Numbered from the stretch's first letter, positions 1-11,039 are shown. The stretch: DNA of 31,582 nt from Asterionella formosa (GCA_002256025.1 NKIB01010367.1:62001-93582), one strand, 5' to 3'. Program-made: numbers and translations. The notes: generated by a model not told the origin, from the sequence alone.

Positions 1-463
1 CTGGTAAAAGAAATAATTGGAAAGCCATAGCGCGATAGTACGCACCCCGAGCGCCCTTGAGAAGCGTTGTTTCTTTTGGACAATCATCAAGTTCACCAAA
101 TAGTCGCTTTCGATCCAATTCTCTCCGCTTCTTGTCTCGGTCTTCTTTAGATTTCACAAAGGCGTTGAGGAACCACAGCAAAGAAAAAAATATGCTAAAA
201 GGAATTGCATTCTTGTCGAAAAATTGGACTTCATCTACAATCCAAGCATAGTCGTCTCGATTAATGCCATTCGTCCGCTGGCTTGGAATCCACTCAGGAA
301 CCACAGTTGCCATAAAATCAAAAAAGGCCGACAGTCCAATACAGAATAACCATATTCGATGGACCGTGGAAACATCAAATAAACCCAACTCTTGCAAGGA
401 AATATTCAGAACAAATGGAGCAGCACATCGTGTTTTGTCAGAGTGTGAAGTTGCTTCTTTCAT
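1..463 (-). CDS. 5' part of a hypothetical membrane protein (ORF runs off the left edge of the window)
   Basis: Not in the ORF track because no stop lies inside the window. Manual translation from the ATG at 463 (in-frame TGA four codons upstream) gives 154 open codons: MKEATSHSDKTRCAAPF...HRIWLFCIGLSAFFDFMATVVP...IPFSIFFSLLWFLNAFVKSKEDRDKKRRELDRKRLF...YRAMAFQLFLLP. Two hydrophobic segments are followed by a charged helix. Confidence 0.65.
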   Translation of the reverse strand, partial: MKEATSHSDKTRCAAPFVLNISLQELGLFDVSTVHRIWLFCIGLSAFFDFMATVVPEWIPSQRTNGINRDDYAWIVDEVQFFDKNAIPFSIFFSLLWFLNAFVKSKEDRDKKRRELDRKRLFGELDDCPKETTLLKGARGAYYRAMAFQLFLLP

Positions 464-671
464 TGAAGTGCTTCACTGTCAACGTCGCTCGGAGCGCTCC
501 AATTCGCATTGACTGGTAAAGGATTAGTGAATTGATTTTCAACAGGTCATTCAAACATGTTCAGAAATTTTATATTGCTGTAGGACTCAATAATAACGTA
601 CCGGTACTCGTTTCTTGTTATCTAAAAATGGTAAAATAAATACCGGTACATGCATATGCGTTGGTAAACGA

Positions 672-948
672 TTTTCGCTATTGACCTTACTCTGTCAATT
701 CTCACTGTTTCTTAATTATAAGCTTAAACTAAAACTAAGTTTCAATCCCATTCATCACACTTCGAGAACCTGTTCTTCGTGTTCCCTTTTCGTTGATGTA
801 AACCTTCTTCTGATTGATCTAAGACATCAATCTCGTTAGCAAGCTTCTTGACATGGGAACGCACCATTTGACTCATTGGACTCATTGGACTATAGTCGAG
901 TCCACAGTCCTTGTGACTCATTATAGCCATTGATGCTATATTCTTGAC
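672..948 (-). repeat. ~280-bp dispersed repeat, copy A (inverted relative to 4544-4823)
   Basis: The reverse complement aligns along its length with 4544-4823. Shared blocks include TAATGAGTCACAAGGA, CATGTCAAGAAGCTT and GATGAATGGGATTGAAACTTAGTTTTAGTTTAAGCTTA. Confidence 0.95.
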
Positions 949-1060
949 AGTACCATTCAAGGGTTACTTTCTATTGGGTCCAAATCATGGTAGACCTATT
1001 ATGGGCATGTTCAAAACAAGATATTCCTTAAAATTGAACTGATGATCTGATTGGTTAAAA

Positions 1061-1333
1061 CCAATACAAGATGGATGGAAATAGTAAACCCAATACATGG
1101 TACACCTTGTATTGGATATTAAACCCTCTATTTCGGAGAAACGATTCATACCTTGTATTGGAAAAGAATTCCGGTCATTTCACAAAATACCTTGTATTGA
1201 AAAAAGAGCCTATTTCCTTCTTCTATTGGCAAAAGCACAGATTCGCAACCCTAACGATGAAGCTAGACAATACAAGGTCAACCTTGTTTTGGCAAATTAC
1301 TTTTTCACCTTGTATTGGATTCCAATAAATGGT
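1061..1333. repeat. Cluster of ACCTTGTATTGG 12-mers in both orientations (subterminal-repeat-like)
   Basis: Forward copies or near-copies at 1104, 1150, 1189, 1281 and 1307. Reverse copies at 1061, 1090, 1268 and about 1322. Confidence 0.85.
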
Positions 1334-2262
1334 ATTTTTGTTTCTTGTGTCCCAAGCTGTTGAGTAGAATATCCATCATGTACACAAGAATACGAGTAGG
1401 CAGACTCCTCCTGCATAGGTTGTTCTTAATTAGGTTATTCCCGCTCTGGCTATTGTCTTGCGGATTTTCAGGCTCTAAGTAATTTCTATAATTAAATGAT
1501 GGGCAGCAATAGCAAGCCTTGTAATATTTAAGTAAAATGAGTAGGCAGTCGGTAAGGACATGGTGCCAAAATAGTACTAATTTGTGGATCGCCTCAACAA
1601 AACCCTTCTTGGTGGCTAATCACCTTCTTGTATAGATGTGTAATTGCAGACAAGAGACCAGTCATGGCATATCATGCCTTCAGCAATTCAAAACCAAGTG
1701 ATCAGCACGCTTTTCGCCAATATAGCCCTTTCAAACAACGTTAAATGCATATATTCGATATTTTCTATGTTGATTACTATGTATGATTCCGCAAGCGTGG
1801 AATGCAAAACAGAATACTAATGTACCAACTAAAGTGTACCAGGTGTCTACAGGTGAGTCTTTTTTGTGCTCTGGTCGAGGGGTACCAGGTACCTCCTCTC
1901 GACAATGGCGGAACCCTTCCCCCCTAACAACGGTTTCGGAGCATATCCTACATGTGGCACCTACACCGGCATTTCAAGATTTATTGAATACCGCCGAAAC
2001 AGAGAAATACGACTCTACAATAATCGATTTTGAAGCGGAAATTCACTTTCCTGGCAGTAGAACCTCCGTATAACCCAATCTACAATGACACGAAACAAAA
2101 AGAGACGAATTGCAATGGTGGTACTCTCAAGAACCTCAGCGACAACATATCACGCAAGACGACTACAGAGAAGGGAACAAGCATTAATACTGCCACCGCA
2201 TAGTCGGCGAAGGCGCAAACTCAGCACGAACATCACAAAGATAGGAAATCACACTCCTGAAA

Positions 2263-3440
2263 TTAGCTATATGGAACAGACAAAACGGTGCAGTATCGGC
2301 CTCCCTCCAAATATACTCCATCCTGATGATAGATTCTATTGTCATATCCACCAATATTCCGTAAAGTTGTTCTCAATCTTTCCACTCGAGTTTGCCTTGT
2401 ACTAATTCCGAAATTTTCCCATACAGAACCGAAAATAGGGATATTGGCTATATCATCTGCCTCAATTATAAAATTTTGGAGATGGCAAATGCAATACAAG
2501 CTTAAACATGAGTGGCATCCACAGCACTACCTATCCTCTTGCATACACTATGCCAAAACTCATTCAATAATTTCCCCACAGAAAAAAGTAATGGAATGAA
2601 TCTTTGTATGGAGCATTTGACATAAGAAACTGACCAGGCCATGGTGAAACTAATCTTGAATACAACCCAAAGCTTCATCTCTGACTAACCAAAATTGCCT
2701 ACCCCTTTCATCAGCTGTTGACTGTTCAAACAACCAATCATGTGACAGTTTCGCTGAGTGAAATGCACTTGCATCATGTGTACTACCAGGTGATTCCATA
2801 GAAATCCAAAGGAAGCGGCAATCAGCACCAGCAATGGCCTATAACTTAACAGATGCAAATCCATTTCTGTTTCTATATGATAATAGTGATGCACATTCAC
2901 CTTTTCTGTGAACTTTCCCCCAAGTTACCTTTATACAGAAATAGTGCCTGCATTAAACCCCCAACATGCATCAATGTATGATGAACCTCCCGAAATGTGA
3001 AGTGATGCACAAGTACATGATTTCATCAATGGAAAGAGCCTGCCTGTTGATTGTTTGTTTAGAAAGGTCATTCTTTTTATCTTTGAAGTAATCCCTGGAA
3101 CAATGGGTTTTCTCAATAATTCACAAGCAAATTGAACCATTCGAAATATTGCATGGAAAATGACATCATCAAGCATTTGGAAATTGAGCATGAATTGGTA
3201 GCATAATGAGGAATAAAGTTGAACCCTTTGGTGGCGAACTCTCTGATCTTTTCCTTGCTTCTTTGTCATCTCTGTCATTTTTATTGTTAGACCTAATGGT
3301 GGCAAGGGCAGCATACCCCAAAAACGCAAGGAGTATTGGCTGAAGTTGTCAATTGACAGTAACACTTGACATGATGAAGAGACAATTGTGATAAAACATT
3401 TTCCATCATAACATGTTTTATCAGATTTTTTTACAGGCCC
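2263..3440 (-). mobile_element. Decayed PIF/Harbinger transposon with a DDE_Tnp_4 transposase pseudogene and one surviving end
   Basis: Minus-strand fragments across frames: GGSSYIDACWGF (HTH region), SYRNRNGFASVKL*AIAGADCRFLWISMESPGSTHDASAF, FWLVRDEAL, SPWPG...KDSFHYF, IIE*..FGIVYAR, CHLQNFII. Stops, frameshifts and a deletion of the first-Asp region. The end reads TTA|GGGCCTGT on the minus strand at 3440, typical of a PIF TIR next to a TAA/TTA target. Confidence 0.85.
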
Positions 3441-3544
3441 TAAGGAAATGAACTACACTCAAATTACATAGACCTTGACGTGCCTCTACATTTTAACGTT
3501 TATTTTAGAAATCAGTTACAAAACAGTGGAGAAAGCAATCCTAA

Positions 3545-4393
3545 TCACTTTTTAACCAGGGCATCATTTGGGACCTCATCCTCAACCCATGTGAATGCTT
3601 CTGTCAAGTACTTGAATGTGAGACCTCCGAATGAAACCAACAAAAATCCAGCGCCGATTTGCCACGGAATTTCATCATTGTAGAGGACTCCACGAGACAT
3701 TAAAGTGGCCATCAAGGGAATAGAAATGAGAGCAAGTAATTCTGCGTTCATTATCGAAGCCATCCTTCCTGCTAACTTCTCACTCATTGATGGGTACACT
3801 CCATTGTTTCTTTTTTCAATCGCTCGTTGAATAATCTTGGTTGTTGGGAAAAAGGACGAGGCTCCCATTACTCCGAGAAGGGATAGCTTGACCCAAAAAA
3901 GTGGTTCGTACTTATAGAAATCCCAGCCCTTTCCGTACTCAGTGACTCGTAAATAACCCGAACCAGTCAAGAGCACAGCAGCAAGTCCATACACGGTGTC
4001 AGCAACTGTCAAAGTATCTTGATCTTCCTCTGACATGCCAGATTTGATGAGAAGACGTTCAGTTACGAGACAACCAGCTGAGACAATAATGGAAGCGTAG
4101 TGAACGTATGCCACCAAGGCACTGATCAAAGGAAACATGGCGCCTTGTGAGGCAGCCTCCGCTGGGAGACTGGAAAAAAGAACGACCATGGCAGGCGTGG
4201 CACCAACAACGGTAACGATTGCCCGCTTTTCATTTTCGCCCATCACCTCATCAAAGATGTCATTTTTGCTGGCGCCCAATGCGACATTCAGAGATTGTAG
4301 CGCTCTATGAGTACTGGGGCGGGGTCTAGTTGGGGAGAACGCGGAACTGGAGACCGCATAGGAAAGGAAGGAAAGGCTCATAAGTCGAACCAT
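3545..4393 (-). CDS. Plastid-targeted DUF2214-family multi-pass membrane protein (282 aa, intronless)
   Basis: Signal peptide plus SSA-FSP (ASAFAP-type) motif and an S/T/R-rich transit peptide. DUF2214-like motifs: AYVHY, ERLLIK, ADTVYGLAA, GYLRVTEYGKGWDFY..EPLFWVK, SFFPT, ELLALISIPLMATLMSRGV. Confidence 0.88.
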   Translation of the reverse strand: MVRLMSLSFLSYAVSSSAFSPTRPRPSTHRALQSLNVALGASKNDIFDEVMGENEKRAIVTVVGATPAMVVLFSSLPAEAASQGAMFPLISALVAYVHYASIIVSAGCLVTERLLIKSGMSEEDQDTLTVADTVYGLAAVLLTGSGYLRVTEYGKGWDFYKYEPLFWVKLSLLGVMGASSFFPTTKIIQRAIEKRNNGVYPSMSEKLAGRMASIMNAELLALISIPLMATLMSRGVLYNDEIPWQIGAGFLLVSFGGLTFKYLTEAFTWVEDEVPNDALVKK

Positions 4394-4543
4394 GGTGGTC
4401 GGAGCTTGAAAATCATTTGATGTACTGGTAATACTGGGATGATAGCTGAAACCATTATACGTACAGTCTATAATTGGTATACATGTAAATGGTACCAGGT
4501 CCCTCGTACCTGGTACGGAGTAGTAATATATTCAACTACGAAT

Positions 4544-4823
4544 GTTAAGAATATAGAGCATTTATTGCTACCGGTATAATGAGTCACAAGGATTGTGGAC
4601 TCGATTACCCGGTATAGTCCAATGAGTCAATGGTGAACATGTCAAGAAGCTTCCTAATGAGATTGATGTTTTAGATCATCAGACGAAGGTTTGCATCAAC
4701 GAAAAGGGAAAACAAAGAACAGGTTCTCAAAGTGCGATGAATGGGATTGAAACTTAGTTTTAGTTTAAGCTTAAAATTAAGAAACAGTGAGAATTGACCA
4801 CAGAGTAAGGTCAACAGCGAAAA
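4544..4823 (+). repeat. ~280-bp dispersed repeat, copy B, carrying two TA-duplicating micro-insertions
   Basis: Aligns with the reverse complement of 672-948. It has an extra CCGGTA at 4571-4576 and an extra CCCGGTA at 4608-4614. Confidence 0.95.
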
Positions 4824-5099
4824 CTAGCATGAAGGCTAGCAGCAAAAGATATTAGTACTAGTGGTACAACAGGTAAGACCTACGTAAGAGGATACACGTC
4901 AGAAAGGAAGGAGTACGTGAACATTTAACACGCTTTAAAGCGACGCTTTGAGGCCACAGGCTATTCAGGAACGATGGGAAGAAGTGACAAAGACACATCT
5001 GTGAGGTTGCCAAGCAACGTTTGATGGCTGGGCCAGATGCTAAATGGCACATCTGGAAAGCAAAGTTTCTCGCATAAATGTGCTACAAGAACTTTCAAG

Positions 5100-5900
5100 G
5101 AATACTCAATGGTGAAAGTTACTCTGCACCAAGGTAACTGGATGATCTGTGGGTTGCAAGTACCAGCCACCTCTGCTGATTTTCTCATTGACAGCGAGGG
5201 AAGATTGACAATTATAAAAGACATGCTCATTCAACAGACATCCCTACAAGAACTTATTCATATATGTGTGTTCACTTTAAAGCTTCTGGATACAGACAAA
5301 AACAAAGGTGATAAATATAACACTCATTAAGAATTGCTTGGTTAAAGATGATTGACCTTCGAGACATGATGGGGTACAACAAAAGGTCATCCAAAGAACC
5401 AAAGAAGTATCTGAAAACAAATGGAGCTCTCTTTACTCCTGAATCTTCAACCAGGAAGTCTCCTCACCTACTATCAAAGCCACTTCCTGCCACCAGAGAA
5501 GATATTGCCAATGATTCTAGTAGCATAGATTCCGAATTATCCCCTTCCCAATTGTCAGCTTTTTTATCTCCAGTCCCTGCCGATACTTTATTGGATGATG
5601 AATTCTGAAAAATGCCAGATTATCATTAAGAAACGTGGACAACCTACCAAGGATAAGAAACAAGAAATGATGCAACTGCTGTCAAATATGTTAAGCGGCA
5701 AGGCACATACTACTGAGAAATTAATGTCTACTTTGATGAGAAACATCATCAAGATGTTTTGGATCTTGGGAATAAACCAACTATGAGTGAGCTGGATGCA
5801 AGGAAATTTTCCCATAAAGAAGTTTGGGACAAGTTATTGGATACCTGTTGTAAGTATGTACTGCGAAAAGTTAAAGGTAGCTTGGGCTGAAGTAGCAAGC
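5100..5900 (+). pseudogene. Decayed accessory (ORF1-type) gene of a Harbinger element, convergent with the transposase
   Basis: Broken coding-like frames including INVYFDEKHHQDVLDLGNKPTMSELDARKFSHKEVWDKLLDT. It faces the Harbinger transposase tail-to-tail, the usual two-gene Harbinger layout. The assignment rests on position and recalled similarity. Boundaries are approximate. Confidence 0.5.
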
Positions 5901-6120
5901 AATGAAGTGTCACCAATGTGACGGTAAAGAGTATCAAGAGAATGTCAGTTTTGTTGCATTTTTGAAGCCATGGATGCACTGACAAAGAATTCTGTACTAA
6001 CTCTCATACAAACAGCTGAGGATGCATCTAATTATAATTAGGTTTGTAACTATATTTCTACTTTTAGTTGTTATTACCTTGGAATCAAATTTCTTCCAGT
6101 TATTCTTTGTATGCTAGCTA

Positions 6121-7334
6121 CTACATTAATCCTATTTCAAGCAGTTCATGTCGTTGGCACAACACAGTAGCTGGAGGCTGCCTAAACCCATTGTTGGTGA
6201 CAACATCAAGAATGGCAATTGGCCAAGTTTGTGAAGTACCTTGTACTACATCCAATTTCCTGAAAGATGGAAGATAATCCAACACAAGAGGAGCATTGGG
6301 CATTGAATCAACAAGCTCCAAACTAGAAAGAAATTCAAAACCACTACCAACTTCCTTATTTCTTTCATCATCCATAAGTAGGCAAAATTTGTGTAAGCGG
6401 GCACAAGCAGGCCAGAAAGAATAGCAACTGGTTTCTTCAGGCTGAAGGACAAGGATGTCCTCAGGATCCTCTATTTATTGGTAAGCAAACCAAACATCAT
6501 CTCAATTATAATGCGTAGTTGTAAAAGAAAAAAGCTGTATGCATCTTTCTTTGATGATTCCCTTTGATTTCCAACAAAGGGACAGAAGACTTAATCAGTC
6601 AGTGTGTAAGCAGCATCACCTACTATGTATTGTCCTGGACAAAGTTTGGATGCAATCTGAGAAAGCTGTGTTCTTTCAAATGCCTTCTGATCTGGACATT
6701 TTCCTGGTGCCACAATAACAAAGTATTGGAAACAACAATTACTGTTGCAAATAGCTTGAACATTCGTTCCATACAACACATAATGCCCAGACCAATATGC
6801 TTGAGGGAAGCCATCACAATCCTTTTTTCTTGGTTTGGCAATAGGCTGTATATACCCATTTATAGCACCAATGCATCCACGAAATAGTTGCTCCTCGCCT
6901 TTTTCAAGAAATCCATTCATCACTTCTTGTTTCTGATTGTTTGTTGCAGGTAAGTGAATTGATAATGCTGTGCAGGAGTTCACTGTATCAAGGGATGTTT
7001 TAGTGATTGCATAAACAGATGGATAAGAAACTCCATAGATGTGACAAATGTCTATGAGGTTTCCGCCTGCAAGCAAGCCAGCAATGGCCAATTGTGAGGA
7101 TCAACTCAGGATAAATATGCTGATTAGTGCTATATAAATCTTAAATTGCATTTTATTTGACAGCATCAACTGCAATGGAATATTGAAAGCTTGAAGAGAC
7201 ATGAAATGACACCTATCCTTGTGGAGAAGCTTTGTAACATGATCATTCCAGCCAGTTAAGATGTTGATGATCCCATCTTGCTGATCACGCTGGCTTCGAG
7301 TTTTGTCCATAGGACTCCAAAAATGACAATGCAA
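6121..7334 (-). pseudogene. PIF/Harbinger (DDE_Tnp_4, HARBI1-like) transposase pseudogene
   Basis: WNDHVTKLLH..., LAGGNLIDICHIYGVS, FRGCIGAINGY (GAIDG with D->N), YWSGHYVLYGTNVQAICNS, APGKCPDQKAF, YIVGDAAYTLTD*, DAYSFFLLQLRIIIEMMFGLLTNK*RIL. In-frame stops and frameshifts. Confidence 0.93.
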
Positions 7335-7887
7335 TTGCTCTGTTTTTTCGTTTTATTTCATGTTCTAAATCAAGATTGTCAATGACAGCCCAACTGTCAG
7401 GTTCTTCCAGTCAATTTGTCATTGTTGTTTCAGTAAGGATGATGCATGGTCAGACAGATTGTATAATTGAAGTGCACATTGCCATTATTTTTGCTGAGTC
7501 TAATGCACATGTTTGTGGAGACACAAATACAGAAAAATAGTTCTTGACCTTCAGCTGAATAGTTGAATGAACTTAAGATGAATAGTTTAAAATGGCTAAC
7601 TTATTTGCCATTACTGAGAAATATCTGAGAAATGTATCTCTGTAACAATCCATTTTTTTCTGAAGATGCATTAAAAAAAATTATTTGTATCTCTGCTAAG
7701 ATTGCCCCTGAAATAACATGATACATATGTACCGACAATAGGTAAAACTGTGTGAAATTCGAGTATACTACCAAACCAAGTTCATTTTGTATAAATTGAT
7801 TGAAACACCATTTACCTCGATACTAGCTATATTGATGCTGGAAGTATGGTCAATTTGCACTTGGCATCACCTGATTCCTCAACTGAG

Positions 7888-10173
7888 TTAGTTTCCGGCA
7901 TTCGTTTCGTACAAAATATTTGGACTAAAACTGTATGAAATTCGAGTGTAGTTGTGTTCCCATGATGGATCAAAGTTGGCAAATAGAATGTCATCATTGC
8001 AAGTTTTGTTTCTGTCCTGGCAGCATAACTTGCAACATGGACAAGTTATTTCAACACTCCCCGGTACACAATCAGCGCTCAAAAAGTAAATGCTCCTTGA
8101 TTTGGAACAAAAATCTGTAAGATCGCCAATGAACTTGTTTTTATCCAGCAAGAACATGGTTAAATCGGTCAGTTGCGACACTTTGGGAGAAATGGTACCA
8201 TTAAATCTGTTCCGATTCAAAAGTAAGTATCGTAGATTGGTAAGTTCCCAAAGAGTTTCGGGAATAGTACCTGACAAATGATTGTTACTCAGGTCCAACA
8301 AAATTAATGATGACAGATTACCCAACCAATTTGGGATTTCTCCAGTTCGGTGAGCTTGCCCCAGACTGAGCTCACGCAACTTTGTTAAGCCCGAAAAAAA
8401 ATCGTAACTGGGAATTGCTGCTGGTCTAAAGTCGTTGCTGCTTAAGAATAAGTAAGTAAGATTTTGCAAGGACCCGATGGCTTGGGTGATTGTTCCATTC
8501 AATTTATTGGAAGTCAAGTCCAAGTGCGCCAAGCTCTTAAGATTCTCAATTGAAGCTGGCACAGATCCAGTTAAGCTATTCTGATATAGAGAAAGGAAGG
8601 ACAAAGCAGTATTCTCCGCCACGAATTCTGGAATGCTTCCGCCAATTTTGTTGTTGTGCACATCTAAGATGGTCAAGGATTTTCGTTGGAAGAGGTGAGC
8701 CGGCAAGTTACCAGTTAACAAATTCCCAGAAATGTCCAAGTTAACGAGTGCTCCAAGATTGGCCAAGAACGTATCATCCATACGGCCGGAAAGCATGTTG
8801 TCATCAAGGTAGAGATACTCCAAATTGGAAAGTTCATTGATCATTTGCATCTCTCCATAAAAACGGTTTCCCTCCAACGCCAACGTCTTGAGTAATGTTG
8901 CCTGGCCTAAGGAGTTTGGAATCTCTCCAGTTAGTTCGTTCCCAGTTAAAGCACAGACGGTCAACTTGGAGAGAGCAGATCCGATCCAATCAGGCAACTT
9001 CTCAGTGAGGGAATTGAACCTCAAGTCGAAAAAATTAAGCTTGGTCAATTTTTGAAAAGAGTCTGGGATGGAACCAGCAATCTTATTGCGCTTGATATCG
9101 AGGAAATCAAGAGTGGTCATGAAAGAAAGTTCCGTCGGGAGGGTGCCTCGTAACTCGTTGTCGGCTGAAAACACAGGGATCAATATTAAACTTGGTTAGC
9201 AAGTAAACAAAGCAATTACCATACACTCGCTTGAAGCCTCATCCATTCACTTACGAATCAATATAGAATCCACCTGGCTGTATTCGTTACAGCTTGCACC
9301 TACTGCAAATTCCGCACCAGTCGTCAAGGTAACTTTATTTGCCCAATTGCAATGATGCGTTGGCGTCAGGAATTTCAATTGATCATTCCACGATGGTCCA
9401 TCCAGGGAGTAGTAAAAGACAGTCAAGATGTAGCGGTGCAAAAAATTCAGACCTTCTTCAGTCCCGATTGATTGGGGAATTCCCATTGCCAAAGCATCAG
9501 TGTTAGCCAAAAACAAGGCAGCCAAAAATTGCGGGGTACCCTCATTATTGAAATCGCCTGGGGTTGAAACGCCGTTTTGAACAAAAAACTCCATTGTGTC
9601 AGAGAGACGAGTTGAATAGGTGGTAGAAGAGGTGGGGGTAGATGGAGCACTGGTGGTTAACCCGACAGGTGCGGATGGAGCACTCGTTGTTGATCCGGCA
9701 AATGCGGCTTCTGCAGACGAGGCTTTGCTCTTGTTCTTGGATGCACCAACGGCAATGCCCAGAATGATAGAAACCAGAACAATGAATGCAAGTACCAAGA
9801 GCCAGTAGCGCTTACTGGACCTCTGCCTTTGTGTGTCGAATCTAATCGTTTCCGTCCTGTGGCTCATTTGATCCGTCAATCGCACGGTTTCCAACTTCGG
9901 CGACGAGTTCAAGATTCGTCCAGCATACAGCCGAGCTTCGTCGACGCTTGGAAGCTGATCGTGAATGACGGTGGCGTCATCTGAGTCATAGACGAAGGCT
10001 CGTAGGTTTCGTTCAGAACGGGCCGATGGTCGTTCTGCTTCTTCCAGGAGGCGAGCAGCATTCGTTCGCACTTGTTCGGCCGCATTCGCTGGTACCACAC
10101 GCCATGGACGAGACGGCGGGGCTTCACCGGGATCAATCGCGTTGGGGGTTTGATATGCTTTGGCGGGCAACAT
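7888..10173 (-). CDS. Type II membrane leucine-rich-repeat protein (diatom receptor-like LRR family, no kinase domain), 2 exons
   Basis: Exons 10173(or in-frame ATG 10326)-9255 and 9164-7888. The 90-bp intron 9254-9165 (GTAAGT...GCTAAC...TTTCAG) joins ILI-P-DNELRGTLPTEL in frame. Single TM (YWLLVLAFIVLVSIILGIAVG), S/T/P-rich stalk, PQxxA...RYILTVFYYSLDG..W...C.W cap, many LxxLxLxxNxLxGxIP repeats and a C-terminal ADC...CPCCKLCC motif. Confidence 0.92.
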
Positions 10174-10536
10174 GGGGAGGACTTTGTGCAGGTAACGAGT
10201 TTGGTTGTGCGTGCGAGAATAGTGGTGATGATGTGGATTATTTGCCGGATCATGGACGCCTCGAGTCCTGACTTTAGATGAGAGCGGGCACGACCGGGAT
10301 GAGGGCTTTATTAAATTGCAGAACATATTTCATTGCTTTGCATAGCTACATGCATCCTGTGTATTCCGTACGTATGGTGGGCAAGCAGCAAATTATGTCG
10401 AGCTAATCTATTATCATTATTTGTGCATACAGAATTTTTAATTATGTTTTATTATGAATATGTAAATGTATATATATGATATTGGAATATATTTACGATA
10501 GGTGACAAAACAACGTACCCGGCGACCATATTGATG

Positions 10537-10895
10537 TACCGGTATGTAGTCCAGCTCGGCTTAAAAATACATAATTATATGTCGTATGGTGGAGACGTGG
10601 AGACTACCTGGTACCTGGGTATCAACTGTAATATGCCGGTATATAGCATCACTTATACTGAGGAACCCTTCAAACGACCAGGTGCATCCTTAAAGTGCAA
10701 CATACTACCGGTACATATGTCATGTAGGAATGTGAACAAACACATACTGTATGTAGGCTACAAGCTTTTCTCATAGTGAGTACCGGTATATTTTTTTAAT
10801 TTTTATTATTTACTGAACGTACTACCGGTACTGTACCGGTAGTCTATTTTACATCATTGGTTCTGAAAAATGTTTACCGGTAGCTACTACCGGTA
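10537..10895. repeat. Dense cluster of TACCGGTA / TACCTGGTA words upstream of the LRR gene (putative transposon excision footprints)
   Basis: TACCGGTA at 10537, 10706, 10781, 10823, 10834, 10875 and 10888. TACCTGGTA at 10605. Confidence 0.85.
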
Positions 10896-11039
10896 TTTCT
10901 CCAAATTTGTCAACAGTATAAGTAACGGTAGTTTTGCCACGACAGCATTGCAGCAGTAGCACTATCCATGATAACAATTTTGTTTACGTATTACCTTTAG
11001 TCATGAAATTTATTAACAAGGGGGGCTAGCGGTAGCATA

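Noticed and set aside
742..960. 72-aa ORF
   Set aside because: It lies within the dispersed repeat and the 5' part of the second copy carries frame-disrupting indels. At most it is the tail of a TE gene.
1783..2405. ORFs of 96 and 106 aa, and a pogo-TIR-like word CAGTAGAACCTCCGTATAAC at about 2056
   Set aside because: No recognisable domain and the frames are broken. The TIR-like word lacks a flanking TA and a partner end.
4824..7720. TIR pair and TSD for the second Harbinger element
   Set aside because: A possible end near 7709 (GGGGCAATC on the minus strand) has no convincing left partner, so element limits were not called.
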